Shown here piece by piece: positions 1 to 11,830 of a DNA stretch of 64,000 nt. The stretch's first letter is position 1. Each line of letters opens with the position of its first letter. Under the pieces are notes generated by a model that made no database searches, was not told where the DNA came from, and saw only the letters and a list, made by a program, of their open reading frames with translations. The stretch covers positions 428,411-492,410 of the forward strand of contig CAVTOI010000002.1 of the NCBI GenBank assembly GCA_963736255.1. The letters run 5' to 3'. The position numbers were made by a program, and so were the translations under genes. This stretch comes from Candidatus Aminicenantes bacterium (lineage in GTDB: Bacteria > Acidobacteriota > Aminicenantia > Aminicenantales > Saccharicenantaceae).

Positions 1-1388
1 CCAGGTCGAATCGAAGACGGAAGCGGCCGATCTCGAGAACGTCATCTGCCATATTCCCGGCACGGACCCGGCCGCGGGCGAGATCATTTTCTCGGCCCAC
101 CTCTTCGAAGGCATGCAAAAGCAGGGGGCCAACGACAACATCTCCGGCAGCGCCTGCATCCTCGAGGTCGCCCGCGTCCTCAACACCCTGATCGCTGACG
201 GGCGCCTGCCCCGGCCGAAGCGGACCATCCGCTTCATCTGGGGTCCCGAGTTCTCGGGCATCGGCGAATGGGTCAAGGCCAACCGCGACATCATGGATCG
301 GACGCTCTGCAATATCAACATGGACATGGTCGGGGAATGGCTATCCAAGAACCAGGCCTTCTTCTGCCTCATGCGGACGACCTACGGCAATCCCCACTAC
401 ATCAACGATGTCATGGAGAACTACTACCGCTACGTCGGCGAGGGCAGCCGCGAGCGCATCCAGAACCGGGCGGGCGCCGCGGGCGTCCCGGTCCGGATCG
501 TCGCCCCGTCGGGGGCCGAGGAGCCCTTCCTCTATTCGATCGAGACGCACTACGGCGCCTCCGACCACGAGGTCTTCAACGATTGGGGCGTCGGCGTCCC
601 GGGCATCATGATGATCGCCTGGCCCGATAAGTGGTACCACACGTCGGGCGACACGGCCGACAAGGCCGACCCGACCCAGCTCAGGCGTGCGGCCGTGATC
701 GGCGCCGCGGGCGCCTACACGGTCGCAACGGCCGACGCCGCCGGGGCCGAAACGATCGCCGGCGAGATCGCCTCCAACGCGACCCGCCGTCTCGGCCACA
801 CCCTCGTCGTGGCCATGGAAACGCTCAACAAGGCCACCGCCGAGACGTTCGCCGAGGATTCCGCTTACGCCCGGGGGATCGTCGAGGCCGCCGTCATGAA
901 CGAAAAGGAGACGCTCGCGTCCGTGCTCGAGCTGGCCCCGGCCGCCGCCTCCCTGTCAGGCCATGTGGCCCGGCTGGCCAAAGCCGTCGACGGCGTCGGC
1001 GCCGCCGCGATCGCGGCCCTCGACGCCCAGCGGGCCGGCGTCGCGCTGAAGCTCGGCGTGAAAGCTCTGCCTCCCGCCGCCTCGGAACTCGAGAAGAGAG
1101 CGGCCAGGATCGTGCCTCGGCCGACGGCCAAGGTCAAGGAAGGCGGCTACCGCGAATACCAGAAGCTCCTGACCGCCGTTCCGCCGGCCGAGCGCGCCAA
1201 ATTCCCCATGGCGGGGAAGGGGCTTGTACTGGCCAACCCGGGGGAGGTCCAGACTCCTCGTTAACGGCCGGCACAGCGCCCTCGACATCAAGAAGATGCT
1301 CGACGCGCAGAACGAGAGGCGCTCGACGCTCCAGGCCGTGATCAATTACCTCGAGATCTTGAAGGTGGCCGGTCTCGTCACGTGGTGA
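1..1388 (+). CDS. M28 family zinc aminopeptidase. The 5' end is off-window and the 3' tail has a probable frameshift near 1250-1265.
   Basis: The frame reads ...NVICHIPGTDPAAGEIIFSAHLFEG... and WYHTSGDTADKADP, which are M28 signatures. The annotated ORF stops at 1264. The +1 frame then continues as protein-like sequence (NGRHSALDIKKMLDAQNERRSTLQAVINYLEILKVAGLVTW) to a stop at 1388. Confidence 0.7.
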
Positions 1389-1423
1389 GCCGGGTTTCGG
1401 GCGCTGCGCTATAATAGAGGGTC

Positions 1424-3031
1424 ATGACCATCGCCAAAGTCAGGCCCTGCCGGGCCTTCCCGGCCTTCGTCGCCGCGCTCTGCCTGGCGGGGGCCCTGCT
1501 CCTGCAGCCCGCCTGCGGCCGGCGCGCGCCGGCTGTCAAACACGTCATCTTCTTCATCGGCGACGGGATGTCGGCCGGAACGGAGATCGCGGCCAGCCGC
1601 TACCTTTACGGGACGGATGACGGGCTGGCCTGGCATAAGCTCCCGGCCAAAGCCTACGTCGCGACCTGGGACGTCAACGTCTACAACGCCAACGCCCGGC
1701 GGGCCGGCCGGCCGCCGTACTCGCGATCGTCGTTCACGCCGCTTCTCGGCTATGACGTCCGCAAGGACGGGCCGAGGCCCCGGGTGGGGCCCGACGCCGC
1801 GCATCGCTTTCCCCGGGGCCCGGCAACGGATTCGGCCTCGGCGGCCACGGCGCTGGCCACGGGGTTCAAGACCGATTCGGGCAACATCGCCTGGCTTCCG
1901 GGGGACCCTCCGGAGGGCGGCCTGGTGACGATCGCCGAGGAATTCCGCGCCCGGACCGGGGCGGGGATCGGCGTCATCAGCACAGTCCCGTTCGACCACG
2001 CGACCCCCGCGGCCTTCGTCAGCCACAACACCAGCCGCAGCGCGTATTACACGGGGCTCAAGGGATACAAGGGGCTCGGCATCGCCGACGAGATCATCCA
2101 GCGCACGAAGCCCGAGGTCGTCATCGCCGGCGGGTCGCCGCTCCTCGACAATCCCGGCTTCGATACGAAGAGGGGATACATCTCCGAATCGCTCCTACCG
2201 GTCCCTCCAGTCGTCCCAAGACTACGTCTTCGTCGAGCGGAAACCCGGCCAGGACGGCGGCCGGGCTCTCGCCGAGGGCGCCGCGCAGGCCGCCCGCGAG
2301 GGCCGCAAGCTCTTCGGGCTCTTCGGCGGCAGGGGCGGCAACTTCGAAGTGCCCCGGGTCGAGGATTCCCCCGGAGGGCCCGTCGTCAGGCCGGGGAGCG
2401 AAGAAAACCCGTCGCTTGGCCGAGGCGGCCGAGGCCGCCCTCTCCTACCTCGCCCGCGATCCCGACGGCTTTTTTCTCGTCCTCGAGCAGGGCGACATCG
2501 ATTGGGCCAACCATGACAACGATTTCCGGTCCATGGTCGGGAGCGTCGCCGACCTCGACGGGGCCGTCCGGGCGGCTCTGGCCTTCGTCGACAGGCCCGG
2601 GGACGATGTCGATTGGACCAACACCGTTCTCCTCGTGACCGCCGATCACGCGACAGGCGGCCTTTTCCTCGAGCCCGGAAGAGCCCTCGGTCCGGGTGAC
2701 CTGCCCGGCCAGGACGCCCGCGTCGAAGAGAAGGAAGCCCCGCCGCCGACAGGGAGCGACCGGGGACCGGCGACGAACGGAGCGGTGATCAAGAAGCCGG
2801 ACTACGCATCGCCCTTCGTTTACCCCGACGGGGAAGTCTCCTATGACACGGCCGGGCACACGAACGAGCTCGTCAATCTCGCGGTCACGGGCGCCGCGAC
2901 CCGGAGCTTCCTGAAGCTCCGCGGCAGCTGGTATCCGGGGCCCATCCTCGACAACACCCAGATCAACGCCGCCCTCCGGGACGCGCTGGGCCTCGGCGCG
3001 CCCGCGACGCCGGGCCCGACGGGACGACTGA
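1424..3031 (+). pseudogene. phoA: Alkaline phosphatase (PhoA family), split over three reading frames. Frameshifts lie near 2205 and 2412 and probably near 3000-3025. The 3' end is uncertain.
   Basis: N-terminal signal peptide, then VIFFIGDGMS and the active-site ATDSASAAT motif. The middle piece ...SLQSSQDYVFVE...ENPSLAE is in another frame. The C-terminal piece FFLVLEQGDIDWANHDND...LLVTADHATGG is in a third frame. The in-frame run-on to 3120 would overlap the convergent gene, so the true end is probably near 3031. Confidence 0.7.
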
Positions 3032-3034
3032 ACC

Positions 3035-6000
3035 CTACCGGATCTCCTTCAAACGGATGTTGCGGAACTCGACGATCGAGCCGTGCCCCAGGAACCCGAT
3101 GTGTCCGGACTCCCGCTTGAGGCCCGGATGGTCGTTGCCGTCGATGGTGCCGCCGGCCGAGGCCGCGTCGAGGTCGGCGTCGACGATCGGTCGCGCCGTT
3201 GACGACGACGGTGACATGCCGCCCCCTGACCGTGACCTCCTCGGCATTCCACTCGCCCGGCGGATGCAGGAAGCCGCGGCGCGCCGGGACGACCCCGTAG
3301 ACCGAGCCGTGGTACTGATACGGCCGGAGTCCCCAATAGACGGGTGAGCCGTCCTCGAGGATCTGGATTTCCATGCCGGCATAGGCGGCGTCGCCTTCGA
3401 GAGGGGCGCGGACGCCGAGGCCGTTGTTGGCCGCGGGCGGCAGCTTGAACTCGAAGCGGAGCACGAAATCGGCGTACTCTTTGGCCGTGTAGAGATTGCC
3501 GCTGCCGAGCTCGGGACGGATGACGATCTTGCCGTTCTCGGCCGCGTAGCCCTTGGTGTCGCCCGTCCAGCCCTCGAGGTCGCGCCCGTTGAAGAGGGGA
3601 GTGAATCCTTCATCCGTCTCGGCCTGGGTCACGTGCGGGGCACGGCCGTGTCGCGAGGGATCTCGCGGAGGAAGATGTTCCGGAAGTAAAGGACGTTGCC
3701 GTGGGCCTGGAGCTCGATCTGCCCCGTCGGGTAGATCGGCTTGTCCCGTTCCCAGTAATTCTCGAGGACGACATTGTCGACGACGAGCTTGTCGTTGAGA
3801 TAGACGCTGACCCGCTCGCCGATCATGATGACGCGGAAGGCGTTCCACTCGCCGACGGGGCGGTCGGCCTTCTCCGAGGGGACGCTTTTCCCTTTTTGGT
3901 TGTTGTAGAGGCCGCCCGAGCCGACAGGGTTGGCGTCGGGGTCCCAGATCTGGACCTGGGGCGAGCCCCGCAGATAGAGGCCGCTGTCGCCGCCCTTTTC
4001 GATCCTCCAATCGACGAGGAGCTCGAAATCGCCGTAGTCGGCGGCGGTGCAGAGGCTCTCCCCCTTGCCGTCGAAGACGAGGACGCCGTCGATGACCTTC
4101 CAGTGGGCCCGCATCCTGTCGTCGGCCGCGGCCTGCGCCGTGGCCAGCTCCTGGGGCGTCATCTTGGCCCGGGCCGGCGGATCGGCGACAAGGCCTTTCC
4201 AGCCGTCGAAGCCGCGCCCGTCGAAGAGCGGCGCGAACCCGCCCTGCCGCAGGCGGGCCAGGATGAGCTCGTCGATGCGCGCCCGCTCGACCGGGTCGGC
4301 CGTCCGGGCCTCGACCCGTCTGAGGACGGAGTACGCTTCGTGGCCTGACAAGCCAGCGCTCCTGGCGGCGCCTGTTCTGAGGCCAGATCGAGGAGGCCGG
4401 CCGCGGCCGCCTCGCCGAGCGCGGGATTGTCCAGATACCTGGCGAGAAGGCGCAGCGTCTCGGGCTCGCGGATGGCCGCGGCGCCGGTGACGACGAGCTT
4501 CTTGTCGGCATCGTCGAAGGGCTGGGCGAGAAGGCTCCTCGAAAAGGGCCAGCTTCTTCTGCCCGGTCATGGCGGCCCGCCCGACGAGGCGGACATAGCC
4601 CTCGACGGCCAGGAGCCGGTAGCGCTTGCTCGCGGTCGTGGTCGCGATCCGCAGGAGCTCGCCGGCCGCCTGAAAGTCGGGCCATTGGGAGAGCGCGTAG
4701 ATCGCGGCGGTCTGGACCTGGGGATCGGCGCTCGAGGTCTCGCCGATGACAGCCCGATAGGCCGCGTCCCCTCCGACCTTCGGCATGACCCTGAGGATGA
4801 CGGCCTTTCGCGGCGCCGGGGCGCTCTTCAGGATCTCGACCAAAGCGGCGCCGCGGCGCGCCGGGTCGGCGTTCCTTCGGGCCGCGGCGGCTACGGCCTC
4901 CTGCAGCCTGACGATGTCGTCCCCGTCGGTGGCCGTCTCGAGCAGGGCGACAAGGCGGGGGAGGTCGGCTTCGCCGGCCGATCTTGGCCAGGGCGCCGAG
5001 CGCCGCGGCCCGGGTTGCCGGCTCCGCATCCGAGGCCAAGGCGAAAACGCGCTCGATCTCGCCCCGGGCGCCCTTTTCGCCCAGGATGTCGATGAGGACG
5101 GCCTTGCCCGGGTGGGGCGTCGAGTCGAGGAGCCGGACGGCTTCGGGGACGACCTCCTCGGCCGTCGAAGCCGAGAAGGGCCGTTTTCAGGGCCTGCGGC
5201 CTCGTCTTCGCCGGCGGCGCCGACGAGCCCGAAGAGTCGGGCGCAACGGCCTCGCCGCCGAGGCGGACCGTGGCCGGGATGGCGGCCAGGCGGACGGTCT
5301 TGTCCGGGCTCTTCGAAGGCACTCCCGAACGAAGGGCAGAGCAGCTTTGTCGCCGCGCCGGCCGAGCATCTCGACGATCGCGGCCCGCACGTCGGGGGCC
5401 GAAGCCTCGGCCTTGTCGATCCAAAGCGACGGTCGCGGCACTCGCCACCGAGCGCTGGTCGCCAAGCTCCAGGGCGGCGCCCCGGACGGCACGGACCGGG
5501 CTGTCGACGGCGCGGAGAAGGTCGGGCAACGCCTTGTCCTTGAGGACAGAGACGATGAGGGCCAGCGCTTCCGACGCGACCGGGCTCTCTTCGGGACCGC
5601 CGTGCGTCTCGAGGACCGACCGGGCCATCGCCAGGCCCTCGCTCGTCTTGCCGGACTCCGCGAGCCGGCGGGCATAGAGGAGGAAGAGGGCGGGGGCTTC
5701 GGCCCTTTCGGCTCGAGACGAGGCCACGCGGACCTTCGAGAGAACGGCGCCCGCGGCCGGGTCGCCGATGTTGGCCAGGGCGAAGCGGGCGGCGCGGCGG
5801 AGCCCCTCATCGGCGGTTTCGGCCAGGACCATGAGCTTCTTCAAGGCTTCGCGGCTGCGCATCTCGCCCAGATGCGTCGATGATCGGGATACGGGCGTTC
5901 CCGGCGGCCGTGTCGAGGGCCGCGAGGAGCGTCTTGGAGGCCTCGGGCCCGCCGATCGTCGGAGAGCCGCGACGGCCGGCCCGGCCAGGGCCTCGTCCGC

Positions 6001-6463
6001 GAGGTATTTCGACAGTGGCTTGACGGCTTCCGCCTTTCCGGCGAGCTGGACTTGGGTGATAAGAAAACGAAGCGACCTGTCTTGTCCGGGCTCCCGGCGA
6101 CGGCGTCGAGCAGGCTCTTGACGAAGAGAAGGCGCTCGGCCTCCGCGCCCGTCCGGGTGACATAGACGGCCAGGCCGTTCACGGCGAACCGGGCCTTCGA
6201 GTCGTCTCCGGCCCCGGGCGGGAGGACGCGGCGCATCGTCTCGGCGAGGCCCGCCGGGCCGAGCTCGACGCAGCTCGGCACAGAGGGCGTCGCGCGCCGC
6301 GGCCGTCTCGGCCGGGAAACGCCCGACGATCGAGGACACCGCGGCTTTGAGATCGCGCGCCCCGGCGGGACGGGCGACCTGCCCGGCCGCGGCGAGCGGC
6401 CGGCCGCGAGCGATGACGCAGGCGATGACCGCGATAGCGAGGGCTGCGGCTCTTCTTCTTCAT
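3035..6463 (-). pseudogene. Large secreted protein with HEAT (PBS-lyase-like) repeats and two C-terminal DUF1080 (3-keto-disaccharide hydrolase / LamG-like) domains. It is disrupted by at least 7 frameshifts.
   Basis: The pieces appear in ORFs 4891..6339, 3629..5029, 2841..5039 and 3035..3613. HEAT-like segments include EALKKLMVLAETADEGLRRAARFALANIGD. There are two copies of the DUF1080 pattern (FDGKGESLCTAADYGDFELLVDWRI...GLYLRG and [18 protein letters not shown]...GLGVRAPL), and the protein ends [13 protein letters not shown]. The N-terminal signal peptide MKKKS|AAALAIAVIACVIA is itself frameshifted. Confidence 0.6.
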
Positions 6464-6485
6464 GGGGAGTCTCCTCACGGCCTTT

Positions 6486-7758
6486 CTAAAGGTGCCAGGG
6501 CGCCCGCATGGGCTGGCTCGCGAGCCGGTTGGCGGCCTCGTCGCCCGGGAAGGTCTCGCTCGCCGGGTCGAACCGCAGAGGCCGGCCGAGCTGAACGGCG
6601 ATCTTGGCCAGGTTGACGATGGTGCAAGAGCGGTGGCCGTTCCTCTCGTTCAGGGCGAAGCGGCGCCGGGCGCGGACCGCTTCGGAGAAGTCGGTGACCT
6701 GCGGCTCGGGATCGGGCAGGCCGGCCAAGCGTCTCCCGGAGGTTCGGGATGTCGGATTCGAAGCCCCGGTAGAGCTTGCCCTTCGGGCCTTCGAGGAAGG
6801 GCGCCGACTTGTCGCGGTTCTCCCCGTCGAGGACGATGACGCAGCCGTCGGCGTACTTCAGCTCGATCCTCCGCCAGCTGCCGCAGGCGTCGGGGTGCTG
6901 CTGCGGGCAGTCGGCGACGATCTCCACCGGGCTCGTGCCGTCCTTGTCGAGGAGGTATTGGACCGGATCGAGGTAGTGCATGCCCATGTCCCCCAGCCCG
7001 CCGCCGTCGTAGTCCCAGTAGCCGCGGAACGTGCCGTGGACGCGGTGGGGATGGTAGGGCTTCCAGGGCGCGGGCCCGAGCCAGAAATCGTAGTCGAGCT
7101 CGGCGGGCACGGGCTCGGGCCGGGCGTAGGTCAGGCCGCTCCAATAGAACTTCCAATCGAAACCCGTCGTCGCGCTGACCGTCGCCTTGATCGGCCAGCC
7201 GAGGAGCCCGTTCTGCACGACCTTTTTGATGGGCCGGACGTCGGTCCCGAAACCGTAGAAGCGGTCCTGGAACCGGAACCAGGTGTTGATGCGGAAGATC
7301 CGTCCGGTGCGACGGACGGCGTCGACGACGGCGCGGCCCTCTGCGATCGTCCGGGTCATGGGCTTCTCGCACCAGACGTCCTTGCCGGCCTCCGCCGCCG
7401 CGATCGAGATGAGGGCGTGCCAGTGGGGCGGCGTCGCGATGTGGACGATATCGATGTCGGGCCGGGCCAGTACCTCGCGGAAGTCCGTGTATCCCGAGAC
7501 GCCCGGGCCGGCGATCTCCAGGGCCGAGGCGAGGTGGCCCCTGTCGACGTCGCAGACAGCCCGCAGGACCGAACCCGGGTAGCCGAGATGGCCCCGGCCC
7601 ATGCCGCCGACGCCGATGACGGCCTTGGTCAGGGTATCGCTCGGGGCGATGTAACCCTGGCCGCCGAGGACGCGGCGGGGCACGATGGCGAACGACGCGG
7701 CGGCCGCGGCGCCGGCGCGGATGAAGTTTCGGCGGGAGACGCTGCGGTGTTGTGACAT
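6486..7758 (-). CDS. Gfo/Idh/MocA family oxidoreductase with a Tat signal peptide. One frameshift lies near 6730.
   Basis: MSQHRSVSRRNFIRAGAAAAASFAIV is a twin-arginine signal. The Rossmann motif is AVIGVGGMGRGHL. The C-terminus, FDPASETFPGDEAANRLASQPMRAPWHL, sits in a separate frame (6486..6728). There is a GGAAGGA Shine-Dalgarno (SD) sequence before the second ATG at 7758. Confidence 0.75.
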
Positions 7759-7945
7759 GGGATGATCCTTCCGAGCGGACATTTTGGGACATTATAGTAC
7801 AATTGCGCGGAAGATTCCGGCATGACGGCAGTCTAAAAATATGCATGGCCGAGCTACGTCCGTTCCCCCAAAGCGACGTCCCCTCGCAGGGGCGCTCCCT
7901 CGGCCGAATCCCCAGTCCGACGAGGAGGTCTCCGTGCGCTCTTCC

Positions 7946-10033
7946 ATGAACATTTCCTCTCGGCCGGCGCGCTTTCTGCCGGTCCTCATCGCCCTCGGGC
8001 TCGTCCTGGCCGGTATCCCGGCCGGCGCCCAGGCCCCACCGAAATACCATGACCACGCCGGGCTCACCAAGGCCCTTCAGGCCCTGGCCGGGGGCGCCGG
8101 ATCGGCGGCCCGGCTCGAGTCCATCGGCAAGACCATCGGCGGCCGCGACCTTTGGGTGCTCGAGATCGCCAACCCCGGCGGCGTGCCGAAGGATATGCGC
8201 CCGGCCCTGCTCATCGCGGCGGGCTTCGAAGGCGACTATCTCGCCGGAAGCGAGATCGCCCTCTCCGTCGCCGAGTACCTGGTGAAGAACGCGGCCTCAT
8301 CTCCGGAGATCAAGCAGCGGCTCGATACCTCGACGGTGTATATCATCCCCCGGGTCAATCCCGACGGGGCCGAGGGCTTCTTCGCTCCCCTCAAGACGGG
8401 GGCGAGGACCAACACCAGCCCCTTCGATAACGACAACGACGGCCGCGTCGACGAGGACGGCCCCGAGGACCTCAACGGCGACGGCTTCATCACGGTCATG
8501 CGGGTCAAGGCGGCGGGCGGCGAGTATATGGTTGACCCCGATGAGCCGCGCTTGATGAAGCGGGCCGACCCGAAAAAGGGCGAGACCGGCGTCTACAAGC
8601 TCTTCACGGAAGGCACCGACAACGACGGCGACGGCTTCATCAACGAAGATCCGCCCGGGGGCATCGACATCAACAGAAACTTCGCCCACGAGTACCCTTA
8701 CTATAAGGCCGACGCGGGGCCGCACATGATCAGCGAGGCAGAATCGCGGGGCCTGATGGATTGGATCATCGCCCACCGCAACGTCGCGGCCATCCTGACG
8801 TTCGGTGAAAGCGACAACCTCATCGTCCCGCCGACGGGCGCCGGCCGGCTCGGCCCGGCCCGCGAGCTCGACCTTGTCCGCTTTGCCGAAGCTGCCGCGG
8901 CCGGAGCCCGGGCGTCGGGCTTCATCCAGACCGGAGGCGGGATGGGCCGGGGCGGACGCTTCGGCGGGGGTGGGTTCTCCTTTGAGATGATGGGCGGTCC
9001 CGGGGGCCGGCAGAGCCAGAGGCAAGCCCAAGGCGCCTCTTCCCCCCGTATGATGATGCCCGACCGCAAGCCGGCGACGACGGTGGCCGCGGCCGATTAC
9101 GATTACTTCAAGGGCGTGAGCGACAAGTACATCGAGCTGACGGGCATCCGCCAGCCTCTCTTCGTCCGCGAGCCGCAGGGCGCCTTCTTCCAGTACGGCT
9201 ATTTCCAGTTCGGCGTGCCGTCCTTTTCGACGCCCGGGTTCGGCCTGACGGCGGTCGAGCCGTCCCCGGGTCAGCGGCGCATGATGCCTCCGGGGGCGGG
9301 GGAGAGCGGCCCGCCCGGCCAAGGCGGCCAGGCCGGCCGGCAGGGTTCGGGCGCCGGCGTGACCCAGACGGTCATCGTCCAGGGTGGCGGCCAGGACGCC
9401 ATGCCGATGATGCAGGGGGGCGGCGGCGCGTTCCGCTTCGCCCAGGCCCAGGCGGGCGCTTCCGCTGAGGCCGCGCAACCGATGACGCCCGGCATCGACA
9501 AGCAGATCCTCAAGTGGATGGACGCCGAGAAGATCGACGGCTTCGTCGGCTGGGCCAAGGCGAAGCATCCGGAGCTCGGGGAGGTTGAGATCGGAGGGTT
9601 CAAGCCCTATGCGGTCACGAACCCTCCCGCGCCGAAGCTCGCCGACCTCGGGGCCTCCCATGCCAAGTTCGCCGTCCACCTCGCCTCGCTCTTCCCCCGG
9701 GTGAACGTGGCTTCCCTCGAGGCCGTCAGCCACGGCGGCGGCATCTTTCGGATCAAGGCGGAAGTCGAGAACACGGGCTTCTGGCCGACCTCTCTCGCCC
9801 AGGGGCAGACGGCCCGGTCGGTCAAGCCGACCATGGTCCAGCTCGGCGTCGATCCGGCCGCTGTCCTCTCGGGCAGCGCCAAGACGAGCTTCCTGCCGAC
9901 GCTCGCCGGCTCCGGCAGCCGGGCCAAGTACGAGTGGCTCATCAAGGGCAAGGTTGGGGAGGTCGTGGAGCTCCTCGTGCGATCGGAAAAGGGCGGAACG
10001 GCGACCGCCCGGGTGACCCTGAAGGCAAAGTGA
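7946..10033 (+). CDS. M14 carboxypeptidase-like protein, paralog 1. It is probably catalytically inactive and has a Gly/Met/Gln-rich insertion.
   Basis: Signal peptide MNISSRPARFLPVLIALGLVLAGIPAGAQA. The M14 fold is present, with DNDNDGRVDEDGPEDLNGDGF calcium-binding-like repeats. The position of the zinc-binding HxxE is occupied by EGDY. A roughly 150-aa low-complexity insert (GGGMGRGGRFGGGGFSFEMMGG...MMMP...MPMMQGGGG) is absent from paralog 2. Confidence 0.75.
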   Translation: MNISSRPARFLPVLIALGLVLAGIPAGAQAPPKYHDHAGLTKALQALAGGAGSAARLESIGKTIGGRDLWVLEIANPGGVPKDMRPALLIAAGFEGDYLAGSEIALSVAEYLVKNAASSPEIKQRLDTSTVYIIPRVNPDGAEGFFAPLKTGARTNTSPFDNDNDGRVDEDGPEDLNGDGFITVMRVKAAGGEYMVDPDEPRLMKRADPKKGETGVYKLFTEGTDNDGDGFINEDPPGGIDINRNFAHEYPYYKADAGPHMISEAESRGLMDWIIAHRNVAAILTFGESDNLIVPPTGAGRLGPARELDLVRFAEAAAAGARASGFIQTGGGMGRGGRFGGGGFSFEMMGGPGGRQSQRQAQGASSPRMMMPDRKPATTVAAADYDYFKGVSDKYIELTGIRQPLFVREPQGAFFQYGYFQFGVPSFSTPGFGLTAVEPSPGQRRMMPPGAGESGPPGQGGQAGRQGSGAGVTQTVIVQGGGQDAMPMMQGGGGAFRFAQAQAGASAEAAQPMTPGIDKQILKWMDAEKIDGFVGWAKAKHPELGEVEIGGFKPYAVTNPPAPKLADLGASHAKFAVHLASLFPRVNVASLEAVSHGGGIFRIKAEVENTGFWPTSLAQGQTARSVKPTMVQLGVDPAAVLSGSAKTSFLPTLAGSGSRAKYEWLIKGKVGEVVELLVRSEKGGTATARVTLKAK

Positions 10034-10041
10034 GAACGACC

Positions 10042-11826
10042 ATGAGAACACGCAAGATCTTCTCCTCCATCCTGGTCCTGGCCGCCGGGCTCGCCCTGAC
10101 GGCGTCCTTCGCCCCGGCCCAGAAGGCCTCCGACCCCGCGTTCAAGGTCAAGCTCGATTTCAACCGCTGGCACGACACGAACGAGCTCTATGCCGATATG
10201 GAGCGGCTCCAAGCCGCCTTTCCCAAGTTCCTCAAGCTCGAGTCGATCGGCAAGAGCCATGACGGCCGCGACCTCATGCTCATGACCGTCAATAACCCGG
10301 CCACGGGGCCCGAATCGGGCAAGGCGGGCATGTACATCGAGGCCAATGTCCACGGCAACGAGATCCAGGGCGGCGAGGTCTGCCTCTACACGATCTGGTA
10401 CCTCATGGAGAACTACGGCCGCATCGACGACGTCACCCGGCTCGTCGATGAGCGCGTCTTCTACATCATCCCCACGGTCAACCCCGACGGCCGGCAGTAT
10501 TTCATGGAAGGGCCGGGCGGCAACGCCAGGTCGGGACACGTCCCCGTTGACGACGACAACGACGGCGTCTTCGACGAGGACCCGCCCGAGGACATCAACG
10601 GCAACGGCATCATCGAGCAGATCCGCAAGCGCGTCCCCGGCGAAGGCAACTACCGCATCAGCCGGACCAACCCGAACGTCCTCGAGCCCGTTCCCTTCGG
10701 CGAAGCGGGAGACTACATCCTGCTCGGACAGGAAGGGGTCGACAACGACGGCGACGGGATGGTCAACGAGGACGGGCCCGGCAGTTACGACGGCAACCGG
10801 AACTGGCCCAGCGACTGGCAGCCGGACTACATCCAGAGCGGGGCCATGGAGTATCCCTTCCAGATCCCCGAGGCCCGCGCCGTCGCCGACTTCCTGAAGG
10901 CCCGTCCGAACATCTCTGGCGTCCAGTCCTACCACAACAACGGCGGCATGATCCTCCGCGGGCCGGGCGCCGAATCGGTGGGCGAGTACCCGATGGGCGA
11001 CGTCCGCTTTTATGACGAGCTCGGGCAGAACGGCGAGCGCATCCTGCCGTTCTACCGCTACATCGTCCTCTGGAGCGGGCTGTACACCGTGCACGGCGGC
11101 TTCATCGACTACACGAACGACGGGCTGGGCATCCCCTCGTTCTCCAACGAGCTCTGGAACGGCGACCAGTACTTCACGAGCCCCGCCCTACAGGAGCAGC
11201 AGGCCGACCCCGCGAGCCCCATCGCCCCGGCCATCGCCCGCTATTACTTCGACAAGTACCTCGAGTTCGGCGACGAGTTCGTCGAGTGGAAGGCCTACGA
11301 TCATCCCCAGTTCGGTCCGGTCGAGATGGGCGGCATCTGGAAGAAATACCAGGGACGGGTCCCGCCGCGGTTCATGAACGAGGAGCTGTGCCACCGGAAC
11401 ATGGCCTTTTCCCTCTACCAGGCCGGCGAGATGCCTCTCATCAGCATCGGCGAGACCTCGGTCGAGAAGCTCGGCGGGGACGTCTACCGGGTCTTCGTCG
11501 ACATCACCAACCCCAAGGTCGCGCCGACGATCATGGCCCGGGCGGCCCAGAATTGCACCGTCCGGCCCGACCTCCTTCTCGTCGAGGGAAAGGGCGTCGA
11601 GGTCATCGCGGCCAGCTTTGTCGATAACAAGGTTGTGTTCAAGACGAATCCGTCGGTGACGCCGCTCGTCGACCAGAAGGACTTGAAGCGCATCGTCATC
11701 CGCAACGGGCACCCGGGCAAGACGACCCGGACGGCGGTCCTCCTGGTCAAGGGCTCCGGCACCGCGACGGTGACCTACGACAGCGTCAAAGGCGGAAAAG
11801 CGAGCCGGGCGATCACGCTCAAATAG
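10042..11826 (+). CDS. M14 family zinc carboxypeptidase, paralog 2, with catalytic residues intact.
   Basis: Signal peptide [27 protein letters not shown]. The HGNE zinc motif ([13 protein letters not shown]) is present, as is SYHNNGG. The [20 protein letters not shown] repeats are also present. It lies 8 bp downstream of paralog 1. Confidence 0.8.
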   Translation: MRTRKIFSSILVLAAGLALTASFAPAQKASDPAFKVKLDFNRWHDTNELYADMERLQAAFPKFLKLESIGKSHDGRDLMLMTVNNPATGPESGKAGMYIEANVHGNEIQGGEVCLYTIWYLMENYGRIDDVTRLVDERVFYIIPTVNPDGRQYFMEGPGGNARSGHVPVDDDNDGVFDEDPPEDINGNGIIEQIRKRVPGEGNYRISRTNPNVLEPVPFGEAGDYILLGQEGVDNDGDGMVNEDGPGSYDGNRNWPSDWQPDYIQSGAMEYPFQIPEARAVADFLKARPNISGVQSYHNNGGMILRGPGAESVGEYPMGDVRFYDELGQNGERILPFYRYIVLWSGLYTVHGGFIDYTNDGLGIPSFSNELWNGDQYFTSPALQEQQADPASPIAPAIARYYFDKYLEFGDEFVEWKAYDHPQFGPVEMGGIWKKYQGRVPPRFMNEELCHRNMAFSLYQAGEMPLISIGETSVEKLGGDVYRVFVDITNPKVAPTIMARAAQNCTVRPDLLLVEGKGVEVIAASFVDNKVVFKTNPSVTPLVDQKDLKRIVIRNGHPGKTTRTAVLLVKGSGTATVTYDSVKGGKASRAITLK

Positions 11827-11830
11827 GGCG

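Noticed and set aside
2841-5039. 732-aa minus-strand ORF, and the overlapping 3035..3613, 3629..5029 and 4891..6339 ORFs as separate genes.
   Set aside because: They are fragments of a single frameshifted HEAT/DUF1080 gene. The long ORF alternates real domain sequence with Arg/Pro-rich junk, so I merged them into one disrupted locus.
6650-8056. 468-aa ORF and the 6604..7755 + ORF across the Gfo/Idh/MocA locus.
   Set aside because: They are alternative or antisense frames of the oxidoreductase gene. Their composition is dominated by R/G/P/D runs.
9607-11094. 495-aa minus-strand ORF.
   Set aside because: It is antisense to the intact M14 paralog 2 and is low-complexity.
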